From contig CAVPJU010000003.1 in the NCBI GenBank assembly GCA_963705505.1, positions 96,001 to 160,000 on the forward strand: DNA of 64,000 nucleotides. The letters run 5' to 3'. Under the pieces are notes generated by a model. It ran no database searches and had not been told where the DNA came from. It worked only from the letters and a program-made list of their open reading frames with translations. Both the position numbers and the translations under genes were made by a program. The stretch is from an uncultured bacterium (lineage in GTDB: Bacteria > Desulfobacterota_D > UBA1144 > Nemesobacterales > UBA2774). Shown in pieces: positions 8,407 to 18,937 of this stretch. Position 1 is the first letter of the stretch, and each line of letters begins with the position of its first letter.

Positions 8407-10788
8407 ATGTTCGGACTTATCAAAAAATACACGAGGTGGCTCCATACCCAGTGGCCTGCGGGTATAGTCGAGAAACTGCCGGAAGTAGGAGAAGACTATT
8501 CCACAAATGTCCCGGGGCTCTACATAGCGGGAGACCTCACGGGCATACCGCTCCTCAAATTCTCTTCCGATTCCGGAGCAAGGGCCGTGATGAATATACT
8601 CCGGGACGAGAATTTCAGACAGAGACGCCAGGATTTGAAAGGACCGGACATACTCGACCTCGTCATAGTGGGAGCAGGCGTATCGGGCATGGCGGCGGCG
8701 TTAGAGGCGAAAAAGAACGGTCTCCGGTTCGAGATACTCGAAGCAACCGAACCGTTTTCGACGATTATAAATTTCCCCAGAGGGAAGCCCATATATACAT
8801 ACCCTACGGATATGGTCCCCGCGGGAGAATTGCAGTTCACTAAAGACGTGAAAGAGCCCCTGGTCGAAGAGATAAAAGAAGAGACGCTGGGAAGGGGCAT
8901 ACAGCCGAAAATTCAGAGGGTAGAGAAAGTCGTTAACAGAGGCGGTTATATCGAGGTCGTTATCCCGGACGGTGTAAACCTTAAAGCGCTCCGCGCAATT
9001 GTTGGGATAGGACGCTCCGGCAGTTTCAGGATGCTGGGCGTGCCCGGTGAGGATAAGGACAAGGTTTTTAACAGGCTCCACGACCCAAAAGACTTCGAGG
9101 GTAAGAATGTGCTCGTAGTGGGCGGGGGAGACAGCGCGCTTGAGACGTCGATAGCGATTGCAAGGGCGGGCGGAAACGTCACGCACTCATACAGGAACGA
9201 GGAATTCTCACGCCCCAAGCCCGAGAACGTGGAAAACCTCAAAATGCTGATGGCCGACCCCATGGCGGACGTATCTGTCGAGACGCCCTCTTCCGAGCGT
9301 GTCACAACGAGCACGGGCGGGTTCATGCCGGGAGAGCATAAGCCCGGAAAGATAGAGCTCTTGATGAAGAGCCGCGTCAAGAATATAGGGGACAGCGAAG
9401 TTACGCTCATCGACCGGGACGGGAAAGAAATAACAATACCGAATGACGCCGTGTTTACCATGATCGGACGGGAAGCTCCTCTCGATTTTTTCAGGAGGAG
9501 CGGCGTAAAAATAAAAGGCGAATTGGGAGCGAAGGGAATCTCGCTCATGATGCTCTTTATCCTCTTCTGCGTTTTCGTTTACAACTGGAAAGCCGGTGGC
9601 TCCCTCACCATGCTCTTCGAGGAGAATAAGTGGTTCCCGTTCAACCTGCCTGCCTTGTTCGGCAGCCTCGGCGGATCTTTCGCGCAGTCGGCAAAGGACC
9701 CCTCTACGTTTATCGGCACTATGGCGATTACACTCACGGAGCCCGGGTTTTACTATTCGCTCGCTTATTGTGTGCTCGTAATAATATTCGGCATTCTGCG
9801 CATAAGGAGACGAAAGACCCCTTACATCACAGTGCAGACGCTTTCACTCATACTCGTTCAGGTTATACCGTTATTCTTACTGCCGTATATACTCCTGCCT
9901 TACCTGGGACACAACGGCCTCTTCGACACGGGGTTTATGAAATCGGTCGGTGACGCGCTGTTCCCCGTTGCCAATTATGAGCACGGACGCGAGTACTGGA
10001 GGGCGTTCGGCTTCATCCTCGCGTGGCCTCTGTTCATATGGAACGTATTCAGCTACGAGCCCCTCTGGGCATGGCTCATAATCAGCCTCATCCAGACATT
10101 CGTGCTCATCCCCCTGATTATCTACTTCTGGGGCAAGGGAGCATACTGCGGATGGATATGCTCGTGCGGCGCCATGGCGGAGACGCTCGGGGATACTCAG
10201 CGCCACAAGATGCCGCACGGGGCCAAATGGAACCGGCTCAACATGGTGGGACAGGTCATACTCGCAATAGCGTTTATTATCCTTTTCGCGCGCCTTTTGA
10301 GCTGGGCGATGCCGAACACGGGGTTCGGACAGTCGGTCAGTAAATTTTACGAAAACGCGCTCTACGGATGGCACCCATTCGGAATTCAGATCAACTACAG
10401 ATGGGTAGTCGATCTCTTCCTCGCGGGAGTCGTCGGGTACGGGCTTTATTTCTGGTACAGCGGGAGGGTCTGGTGCAGGTTCATGTGCCCGCTCGCAGCA
10501 CTCATGCACATCTACGCGAGGTTCAGCCGCTTCAGAATAATTGCGGACAAAAAGAAGTGCATATCCTGTAACGTCTGCACGTCGGTCTGCCACCAGGGGA
10601 TAGACATAATGAACTTCGCCAACAAGGGCCTCCCGATGAGCGACCCCGAGTGCGTGAGGTGCAGCGCGTGCGTCCAGTCGTGCCCCACGGGAGTGCTGAG
10701 GTTCGGGCAGATCGACCGGAAGAGCGGAAAGGTAATTAAAATAGACGGCCTCGCCGCCTCTCCCGTTCTGATGAGAGAGGGAAAGTGA
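8407..10788 (+). CDS. TrxB/YpdA-like FAD/NAD(P) oxidoreductase fused to a membrane polyferredoxin
   Basis: IVGAGVSG, VVGGGDSA, multiple TM helices, YCGWICSCG and WCRFMCP motifs, two [4Fe-4S] motifs (CISCNVCTSVC, CVRCSACVQSCP). Confidence 0.8.
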   Translation: MFGLIKKYTRWLHTQWPAGIVEKLPEVGEDYSTNVPGLYIAGDLTGIPLLKFSSDSGARAVMNILRDENFRQRRQDLKGPDILDLVIVGAGVSGMAAALEAKKNGLRFEILEATEPFSTIINFPRGKPIYTYPTDMVPAGELQFTKDVKEPLVEEIKEETLGRGIQPKIQRVEKVVNRGGYIEVVIPDGVNLKALRAIVGIGRSGSFRMLGVPGEDKDKVFNRLHDPKDFEGKNVLVVGGGDSALETSIAIARAGGNVTHSYRNEEFSRPKPENVENLKMLMADPMADVSVETPSSERVTTSTGGFMPGEHKPGKIELLMKSRVKNIGDSEVTLIDRDGKEITIPNDAVFTMIGREAPLDFFRRSGVKIKGELGAKGISLMMLFILFCVFVYNWKAGGSLTMLFEENKWFPFNLPALFGSLGGSFAQSAKDPSTFIGTMAITLTEPGFYYSLAYCVLVIIFGILRIRRRKTPYITVQTLSLILVQVIPLFLLPYILLPYLGHNGLFDTGFMKSVGDALFPVANYEHGREYWRAFGFILAWPLFIWNVFSYEPLWAWLIISLIQTFVLIPLIIYFWGKGAYCGWICSCGAMAETLGDTQRHKMPHGAKWNRLNMVGQVILAIAFIILFARLLSWAMPNTGFGQSVSKFYENALYGWHPFGIQINYRWVVDLFLAGVVGYGLYFWYSGRVWCRFMCPLAALMHIYARFSRFRIIADKKKCISCNVCTSVCHQGIDIMNFANKGLPMSDPECVRCSACVQSCPTGVLRFGQIDRKSGKVIKIDGLAASPVLMREGK

Positions 10789-10950
10789 ACGATTATAATT
10801 CAATCGAGTCGCTAAACCTCGAATTGCCGGATTAATAAATTCCGGGACGAGACGTGTCGAGCTTCGCTTTTAAAACTAAATCGTCCCCGCGCCCGTTCAC
10901 ATCGGGTGACGCGGCGGGTAGTATAAAAATATCCAGGCTAATATAATTTT

Positions 10951-11653
10951 ATGACTCCCAGAATCTTCGTGATCATCCCCGCATTGAACGAGGAGAAGCT
11001 CCATCGGAAAGGTAGTCGCCGATATTCCGCGGGACCTCGTGAGCGAAATTCTGGTTATAGACAACGGCTCGGTAGACAGAACCGCAGAGAACGCGGCCAG
11101 GTCAGGCGCGACGGCGCTCAAAGAAGACAGGCGAGGGTATGGCTACGCATGCATGAAGGGTGTGGATTACGCGCTCAAAAAGCCCGTCAGCGAGCGCCCC
11201 GATATTGTCGTATTTCTCGACGGTGATTACTCGGACCACCCGGAGGAGACGGGGACGCTCGTGAAGCCTATTATCGAGGACGGCTTTGATATGGTGATCG
11301 GCTCCCGGACCCGGGGCGCACGCGAACGAGGGGCGCTCCTGCCCCAGGCGCTATTCGGGAACGCGCTCGCGACGACATTGATAAAATGGTTTTACGGTAT
11401 CGAATTCACGGACCTGGGCCCGTTCCGCGCAATAAAATTCGACAAATTAATCGGCCTCGGGATGTCGGACATGACATTCGGATGGACAGTCGAAATGCAG
11501 ATCAAGGCGGCGAAAAAAGGACTCAGATGCACGGAAGTACCGGTAAGATACAGGAGGCGCATTGGGGTTTCAAAGGTGACGGGCACATTGAGCGGCGCCC
11601 TCAAAGCAGGATACGGAATACTCCTGACCATATTCAAACACTTAAGAGACTGA
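10951..11653 (+). CDS. Glycosyltransferase family 2, with apparent +1 frameshift near 10997
   Basis: MTPRIFVIIPALNEE continues in another frame as SIGKVVADIPRDLVSEILVIDNGS...FLDGDYSD...TDLGPFRAI. Confidence 0.82.
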
Positions 11654-11711
11654 AACAGACCGACATCGCAATTTCAACCCCCGGGCTTCTCTCCCCATAG
11701 CCCCGAAATTA

Positions 11712-12821
11712 TCAGTATAAGAAATCGACGACGCTTCCTATACGGAGCCAGAGCCTGGCGAGCGGGTTTAAAATAATACTTTCCCCGGTGAACACGGCGA
11801 CGCTTACGGACCCCCCTATTCTCAGCTTATATTTATTATGGTCGATATTTGTTATCCTGAGCCGCACGGGGAAACGTTGTGCGAGCTTTACCCAGTTCTC
11901 CGGGTCCTCGACTACGGGAAGAGTGCCCGTCGGGAAGCCCTGCCCCGCGCTCACTCCCCAATCGGTACTGTCCACTACGGCTTTGAATACCTTTCCCGGA
12001 TACAACGCTACGCTTACCTCGGCTTCCTGCCCCGCCCTGATCTGCCCCACGCTGTTCTCCCTGAAATTCGCGACGACCCACCACTGATCGTCGTCGACGA
12101 AGGTCAATACCGGGTCGCCCACTTTTATATAAGACCCCACGACGAGCTGGAGATTTGAGATATAACCGTCCGTAGGGGCGTAAAAGGTCGTCTGGGAGAG
12201 GTTATACTCGGCAAGCGCCAGGTTGGCTTCCACCTCTTTGATTATCGCGTAATCCCCGTCGATCTTATATTCGAGCGCCTGCTTTGCCTTCTCGTAATCG
12301 GCTTTCGACTGATTGAGCGCCGCCTTCTTTGAATTCACCTGCTCCGTCGCCTGATCGAATTCGAGCTTGGCTATATAATTTTTCTCCACGAGGGGCAGGA
12401 GGTCGTTATAGCGCTTAGTCGCATATGCAAAATCAGCCTGGGACTGTTTTACGACCTGCTCCGCGGCGTCTATATTGCTTTTGAGCTCGTCGATATTCTG
12501 CCTCGTCTGAACGAGCTTCGCCCTCAGCTGCTGCGCCTGGTATTCGTAAGGCCTCGGGTCGAGGCTGAATAGTTTATCACCCTTATCGACATGCTCGTTA
12601 TTTTTTACGTACACCTTCACGACCTGTCCGTCCACCTGAGGGGCCACCTGCAGCACATAAGCCTGTATATACGCGTCACCCGTGTAAGGGGTATACCTGT
12701 CCATGAGGACGTAGTAGATGATGAGTAGAACGATAAGGGAAATTATAAAAAGAACCCAGAATTTCACCGAGTAGGTTAGTTTATCGAGCTCGAATCTGGA
12801 TTTAAGATCTTTGAGGCTCAT
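11712..12821 (-). CDS. HlyD/EmrA-family efflux membrane fusion protein
   Basis: N-terminal TM, PYTGDAYI, VAPQVDG, coiled coil, ANFRE, WVKLAQRFPVR. Confidence 0.9.
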   Translation of the reverse strand: MSLKDLKSRFELDKLTYSVKFWVLFIISLIVLLIIYYVLMDRYTPYTGDAYIQAYVLQVAPQVDGQVVKVYVKNNEHVDKGDKLFSLDPRPYEYQAQQLRAKLVQTRQNIDELKSNIDAAEQVVKQSQADFAYATKRYNDLLPLVEKNYIAKLEFDQATEQVNSKKAALNQSKADYEKAKQALEYKIDGDYAIIKEVEANLALAEYNLSQTTFYAPTDGYISNLQLVVGSYIKVGDPVLTFVDDDQWWVVANFRENSVGQIRAGQEAEVSVALYPGKVFKAVVDSTDWGVSAGQGFPTGTLPVVEDPENWVKLAQRFPVRLRITNIDHNKYKLRIGGSVSVAVFTGESIILNPLARLWLRIGSVVDFLY

Positions 12822-12927
12822 CGAATAGAGATACCGGAAACCGCATCCTCAAACAGAACTTAATGAGTTGCCGGCGCTGTTCATATCTGCGTTTTGTGTA
12901 TGGAGCATAAAGAACCCGGGGGCGGAC

Positions 12928-13332
12928 TCACCATCCCCAGGGACCGCCGGCCCATCCCCAGAGCCCGGGACCGAATTCAGCCTGCTCCGCCAACATAGCC
13001 GCCTCTTCTTCCTCGTTGACCATATTGGATTCGTATACCATCCTCTCGTAGCGGTCATAAGCAGCCTGGTCCCCGGTCCATACGCATTTGCAGTCATAGG
13101 GATCGGCGTACCAGTAAAGGGGTTTATTGTCCCTGACGCTGAACTGCACCTTTTTCGGGGTAAGAGAATTCAGCATGTTCAACTTTTCAGGTGTGTCCGC
13201 AGGGATCATTACAAACCCCGCTGCACTCAGCAGTTCCTCTGCACTCTTGGCCTGCTCGCCCTGTATCGCAGCGCAGCCGGTCAAAAAGGTTACGGCCACT
13301 AATGCCCATAAAATTACTCTTACGTGTATCAT
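12928..13332 (-). CDS. Hypothetical lipoprotein
   Basis: AAGGAGG RBS before MIHVRV; lipobox LTGC; YWYADPYDCKC; Gly/Trp-rich tail. Confidence 0.7.
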   Translation of the reverse strand: MIHVRVILWALVAVTFLTGCAAIQGEQAKSAEELLSAAGFVMIPADTPEKLNMLNSLTPKKVQFSVRDNKPLYWYADPYDCKCVWTGDQAAYDRYERMVYESNMVNEEEEAAMLAEQAEFGPGLWGWAGGPWGW

Positions 13333-13444
13333 GAATACCCTCCTTAGACGCAATCCGCCCGATAGGTATAAAGCGATCATTGCCCGCCATTAAACCGGAC
13401 AAGTTAAACCTAACACCTAAATTATAAAAATTAAATAGTTGACG

Positions 13445-13620
13445 TTATTTGGAATTCGTTCTGCGGTTATCCCACTTCAGGGCGTTTTCGAGTGTGAGAC
13501 CCTGCACAATGATCGAGAATACGACGACTGCATAGTTCATAAAAACAATCGGGTCCCTCTCCGGCGAGCCTGCAAGGTCGAGGACGAGGAGCACAGCGTT
13601 CAGCGAAATCGGCAGCCTGA
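13445..13620 (-). pseudogene. C-terminal remnant of an NhaP/CPA1 Na+/H+ antiporter
   Basis: Minus strand reads RLPISLNAVLLVLDLAGSPERDPIVFMNYAVVVFSIIVQGLTL...*; VVVFSIIVQGLT is typical of the last CPA1 helix; an in-frame stop lies upstream. Confidence 0.55.
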
Positions 13621-13753
13621 ACGAGCTCGACGGACCTCATGTTGCCGGACCCCGGATAGCCGAGAATAATTATCAGAACGTAGGAGACGAGCGACGCGCC
13701 GTTATACAATGCGGGCGGGGGATTGTCCGGAAACCTCGTACCCGGCAACACGT

Positions 13754-15998
13754 CTAGGCACTGGATGTTCCGAGCTTGACGCCCGAAGGCGCTTCCGATT
13801 CGTTTATCCTGTTAATGCAAACAGTGATCTTCTGGAGAGAATTCAACACAGCATCGACGCTCGCGGCAACAAGGACATCTTTTTCAATATCCTCAAGCGC
13901 AAACTGTTTCCAGAAGCCCGTCTCGCGAAACGCCTGCCTGTGATCTTGTATTTGCTGCGATAACTGTGCGATGGAAGGAGCCAGGACGTCCCTCGTATAG
14001 AACTGTTGTGAAGCCTCCTCAAAGAAATTGCGAATCGTCCTGTAATCGGGAGCCATATGCTCGAGGTATTTATTCAAGAGCTCGTTATCGATCTCCGTGT
14101 ACATCGTCTTTTTCAGGGTCTCAAGCTCGGCGTAAATTACTTCGAGCGATTCAATTATCTCTACGAAGTCCTCGGCATGGAGCTTCTCGTCGCTGATTAC
14201 ATACTGGGCGTCGAACAGGAGGGAAGTGCTCGTAGGCATGGCTGCGGCAAGCGGGTTGACGAGAGATTCGATTTTATCTTTCACTTTCTGTTTTTCTTTC
14301 TCGTCGAGTATGAGAAGCTGCTCAAATATCGCCCCGCTTATACGAAGTGCGGAGGATATCTTCTTCTTGAGCTCGCGATACGGACTCACGGGCCAGATAT
14401 TATGAAGTACGAGCAGGCCTATCGCTGAAGCCATGAGCAGGGCGAAAAATCTCATTATAGCCAGGTTGAGATTAATCTGGGGACCCATAGTTGTAAAAAA
14501 CACATAGGGGAGCATGAGACCCGCCTGGAGACCCGAGAAAGCTATTTTCTGACTCCCGCTCGCGACATACGCGGAAACAAAAGTACCGAGTGCGTAAATC
14601 AGGATCAGCAGTAAGAAATGAGGGATCAGAGTGACTATATATAATCCGGCTGTACCGTAGAGAAGTCCCGCCACAACGCCTATTATCGCAAGCTTCCCAC
14701 GGAGGTGCGCCTGCCCGGTATTTGGTATCGAGCCGAACAGCACGCCGTAGAAAGAGGCCTGATAACCGCCGGGCAGTTTGAAAATAAGCTCACCCAGAAG
14801 AAGGAGCATGATGACAATAACGGTCTTCATGGATTGATGCGCCTCTTCTTTCGTGATGTAAGGCAGCCCGGCGGACTTTATTCTCTCGACCCCGGGAGAT
14901 CTGGTCACTCTCTCCCGGGCGAGTTTATCGTATCCGCGGTTGTAAATAACATTCCAAATCTGAAACGCTTTCCGCAGCAGAGTCGCAGTATCTTCAAGAA
15001 GCGGAAGCATCGCCCCGAGAGCAAGGAGGTCCTCGTAGTAGTCCTGGTCTTTACCCTCGACCGAATGCATGTTTTCATAGAGTCCTTTCAAATTCGCAAT
15101 CTTAGTATCCGGCTCGCCCGCATAAGGCGCTGCGGAGCGGTTTTTCTCTATTGCGTCCGCGAGCCTTCCGAACCCCTCAGAGAGCAATGCAAAGAAATCG
15201 TTCAAGCTCTCAGAAACAACCTTGTCCTCGAGGCATCTGTGCTCTTCTCTCATAAATCCCCCAAGCACGTCGAGCTTGATGTACATGCTCTTTGCGTACG
15301 CCACGAGCATCAGATAAGGCTCCGCATGGAACTCCTCACCCCTTGCTTCACGCTCCGTCCGCCTCACGAGATTAACAAGGTTATTAAAGATATCCACGGA
15401 GGCGGAGTCGAATTTTTGGACCTGTACTCCGCGCCCTTCAGCCCTCATATAGCTCCTGAAGCGGTTTGAATAGTCCTTATATACGGCCGAAAGGGTAAGA
15501 TAAAGCGCCTCCTTACTCCTGTGAGGCCATATAATTTCATCGACGAGCCATGAAACCGTAACGGCGATGAAAAGCTGAACGATGTAGTTTTGTACGGCGG
15601 CTGTAGTTTCAGAGACGGTGCCGAATATCGCGACAAACATGGTCATTGCCGCGAGTATCGCGCTCAGCACGGAGGCAATTAAATATTTCCCTATGAACGT
15701 GATACAAAAAAATATCCATACCGCTGAGCAGTATCAGATAAAGAGGTTGTGAGTCGAGGAAATAGTAAACGATAAACAGCGAATAAATCCCGCTTAATAT
15801 ACTGCCGATCAGGGATTGGACGCCGACCTCGAAAGTCTTCCCGTGGAACCCCGACATGATCATATAAAGGATCACCGGAGAGAGGAAGCCCGAAGAGAGG
15901 TGAAAATAATTACAGATAAGAACTGCGATTACGCTGCCCAGAGTTATTTTAAGGGCAATTTTGAAACGGAATATAACGAGATAATCTTTGAGGTTCAT
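13754..15998 (-). CDS. FUSC-family inner membrane efflux protein, with apparent frameshift near 15725
   Basis: ORFs 15609-15998 and 13754-15670 join into one multi-TM protein with duplicated FUSC-like halves; upstream of the HlyD gene. Confidence 0.72.
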
Positions 15999-16096
15999 CG
16001 TATGTCTGTTCGTTCGGCGGGAAGATATATCTCGTTCATCGGGCCCGATATACCTGTCTCAGATTATCACACGCGGAGTCGGACCATGTCAAACCG

Positions 16097-16126
16097 TTGA
16101 CAAAACCTTCATAGTGATGAGATAAT
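16097..16126 (+). promoter_or_regulatory. Putative sigma-70 promoter
   Basis: TTGACA (16097-16102), 18-bp spacer, GATAAT (16121-16126), upstream of the gene at 16180. Confidence 0.4.
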
Positions 16127-16179
16127 GGCTTCAGTATAAGGCTATATTGACCGATATTACAACAACCCGGAAATAACTT

Positions 16180-17010
16180 ATGGCAATACCCGATACTATG
16201 GTTGGCGGCGCACTTATCCTGTGGTACGTACTCACGGGAGCGTCCCTCGTCTTCCTAATTTACGACCTCGAGACGAATACCCCGTCAATGGGGGTAATGA
16301 AGCTCGCGTGGATCCTCATAGTCCTCTACACTGGGCCGCTCGGTCTTTTCATATACATGCTTTCATGCCGCCAGCCTCTGCCGGGGACGCACGACGAGTT
16401 CATCGCTCCTCACTGGAAGCAGTCCGTGGGCTCTCTCATGCACTGTGTCGCGGGGGACGCGACCGGCATTATCCTCGGCGCGATCTTCACATTCCATCTC
16501 GGGCTTCCGAACGGTATCGACCTCGTTATCGAGTATGCCGCCGCCTTCGTCATGGGGCTCCTCATATTCCAGGCGCTGTTCATGAAATCCATGGCGGGAG
16601 GGAATTATTTCGAGGCCGTAAAAAAGACGTTCTTCGCGGAAACAGTGTCGATGAATTTTGTAATGGTCGGCATGATCCCCGTAATGGCGATAATGAGGAT
16701 GAAGATACAGGGAGGAGACGACCCCAAGGGACTCATGTTCTGGGGCATATCGTCCCTCGCTACGATCGCAGGCGCAATCGCCGCATATCCAGTGAACTCA
16801 TGGCTGGTCGGGAGCGGCCTCAAGCACGGAATGATGACTGCTGTGTCGAGCGAGCCCGCGATGCCGGGCATGCCCGGCATGTCGGACCGCGAGCAGCATA
16901 AGCAGCCTCAGGTTTCGTTCATGAAAAAATTCGGCGTGCTTCTGATTTCTGTAGGCTTTCTGTTAGCGGCCGTCTGGATAACGTCAAGAATTGTCGAGCT
17001 CGGTATCTGA
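16180..17010 (+). CDS. DUF4396 domain membrane protein
   Basis: HCVAGDATGI, IFQALFM, AYPVNSWLV...KHGM motifs; Met-rich C-terminal loop. Confidence 0.8.
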   Translation: MAIPDTMVGGALILWYVLTGASLVFLIYDLETNTPSMGVMKLAWILIVLYTGPLGLFIYMLSCRQPLPGTHDEFIAPHWKQSVGSLMHCVAGDATGIILGAIFTFHLGLPNGIDLVIEYAAAFVMGLLIFQALFMKSMAGGNYFEAVKKTFFAETVSMNFVMVGMIPVMAIMRMKIQGGDDPKGLMFWGISSLATIAGAIAAYPVNSWLVGSGLKHGMMTAVSSEPAMPGMPGMSDREQHKQPQVSFMKKFGVLLISVGFLLAAVWITSRIVELGI

Positions 17011-17021
17011 GAGGCCGTCAT

Positions 17022-17066
17022 AAAAAACCCGCCGGAATGTTTATACAATTTCCGGCGGGCTCTTTC
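17022..17066. terminator. Probable bidirectional intrinsic terminator
   Basis: Stem CCCGCCGGAA (17028-17037) / TTCCGGCGGG (17050-17059), A-run on the left, T-rich on the right, between convergent genes. Confidence 0.7.
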
Positions 17067-17101
17067 ATTTTATCATTCGCTTGAAATCACTTCAATAACG
17101 C

Positions 17102-18937
17102 TTAAGGCGTATCGTTGTCCGAGAGTATCGTACGGTCTCCCGTCGCCGGATCCACTCTAAGTACGGCTTCGAGCGTTCCGTCCACTACGAGGAGGTCGCC
17201 GCTTTCTTCGACGGCGATATCGGATGGCGATTCGAACTCCGGTCCGGTTCCGACTCCGCTTCCGGAAATGATCGTCCTGTCTCCGGTGTCGGGATCGATG
17301 CTCAGGACATCATTCGTAGAAAAGTCGACCACCAGAAGGCTGCCGTCGGTTCCCTCCGTAATGCCTGTCGGGTCGACCATATCGGGCCCGCTGCCTGTAT
17401 CGGCATCGGAAATAATCGTCCTATTCCCTGTAACGTCATCGATAAGAATTACGGCATCCAATGTAAAATCCACAACTGCGAAATCGAGGTTGTCCAGGAC
17501 GACAATTCCCACCGGGTCGATAAGATCCGGACCCGAGCCCACACCGGCACCCGACACTATAGTACGCTCTCCGGTCAGATTATTAACTGCGAATATCGCG
17601 GGCACATTCTGATCTACAACGATAGAGACGACGCCGTTGAAAACGTCCACATCCACGGGCGCTATAAAGTCAGGACCGGACCCTACACCGTCCCCCGAGA
17701 CCGTGAAGCGGTCTCCCGTCACGGGATCGACTTCAAGAACAGATTGAAGGCCGAAGTCCACAATAAGGATACTCCCGTCGTCCATTACAGCGATCCCGTC
17801 GGGGTCTATGTACTCGGGTCCCGCGCCCACATTATTGCTGGAAACGATCGTACGGTCCCCTGTCCCGGCATTAACGCCAAGCACCGCATCCGATCCCGCA
17901 TCGGAAACGACGGCATTGCCGTCGGGCCTGAGCGCAATACCCACAGGGCGATCGAAATCAGTCCCCGTATCGGCAAAGGCCCTCGAAACCACTTTCCTGT
18001 TCCCGTTAACCGGATTTATTTTTAGAATAGCTCTTGTAGGCGGATCGGCCACGAAAATCTGACCTTTGCCGTTAATTGCCAAACCCCTCGGGTCTTCGAG
18101 GTTAAGACCCGTACCCCTATTCTCATCGGAAACGATCGTCCGGTCCCCGGAAACCTCGTCGACGCTCAATAGAGCATTGAGCTCGGCATCAACGACGAAA
18201 ATACTCCCCGTCTTGACATTGAGCGGAGCTATAAAGTCGGGGCCGTCGCCCGTGCCCGGGCCCGATACCGTCACCCGGTCACCCGTGTCGGGATCGACAC
18301 TCAGAATAGATTCCGTCCCGAAATCGGCAACAAGGATGCTGCCGTCCTCAGCAACGGCTATGCCTATGGGAGAACCGAACTCCGGGCCTGAGCCCGTCGT
18401 ATTATCGGCTAAAATCGTCCGGCTGCCGGTTACGGGATTCACTCTGATCACGCCGGGAAGAGAAAAATCGGCAACGACAAGGCTACCGTCGTCTTCGACG
18501 GCAATCCCGATGGGGAGCGCGAAATCGGGCCCGGTCCCCGTACTCGAGCTCGAAACGATCGTCCTGTTCCCGTTAACCGGGTTAATCCTCAGAATCGCAC
18601 CCGTATCCGACACGCCCGCATCCGTGACGACCAGGTTCCCCGAAGCCTCGACCGCAATCTCGAGCGGTATCACGAGCTGAGGGCCTGCGCCGTTCTCAGC
18701 GTTAGAGACAATTTCCCTGTTCCCGTTTCCGGGGTTTACGCGGTATACGGCTACAGTGCCCGAATCGACGACGACAAGGTCGCCGTCTCCTTCAATGGCG
18801 ACAGCCTGCGGGTCCCTGAACCCCGGCCCGCTCCCGACCGTATCAGGGGTATTACCCCCGCCGCCCCCGCTGCATCCCCCTATGCTTCCCAATATAACAA
18901 ACGTAAAAAGTGCTGCAGTAATTAATATGCTTCTCAT
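17102..18937 (-). CDS. Lipoprotein with 12 NHL-like beta-propeller repeats
   Basis: GSIGGC lipobox-like signal; 12 repeats of ~48 aa with consensus G.GP.F..P.GIAV..DG...V.D....A...V.P.TG.RTIVS. Confidence 0.8.
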   Translation of the reverse strand: MRSILITAALFTFVILGSIGGCSGGGGGNTPDTVGSGPGFRDPQAVAIEGDGDLVVVDSGTVAVYRVNPGNGNREIVSNAENGAGPQLVIPLEIAVEASGNLVVTDAGVSDTGAILRINPVNGNRTIVSSSSTGTGPDFALPIGIAVEDDGSLVVADFSLPGVIRVNPVTGSRTILADNTTGSGPEFGSPIGIAVAEDGSILVADFGTESILSVDPDTGDRVTVSGPGTGDGPDFIAPLNVKTGSIFVVDAELNALLSVDEVSGDRTIVSDENRGTGLNLEDPRGLAINGKGQIFVADPPTRAILKINPVNGNRKVVSRAFADTGTDFDRPVGIALRPDGNAVVSDAGSDAVLGVNAGTGDRTIVSSNNVGAGPEYIDPDGIAVMDDGSILIVDFGLQSVLEVDPVTGDRFTVSGDGVGSGPDFIAPVDVDVFNGVVSIVVDQNVPAIFAVNNLTGERTIVSGAGVGSGPDLIDPVGIVVLDNLDFAVVDFTLDAVILIDDVTGNRTIISDADTGSGPDMVDPTGITEGTDGSLLVVDFSTNDVLSIDPDTGDRTIISGSGVGTGPEFESPSDIAVEESGDLLVVDGTLEAVLRVDPATGDRTILSDNDTP

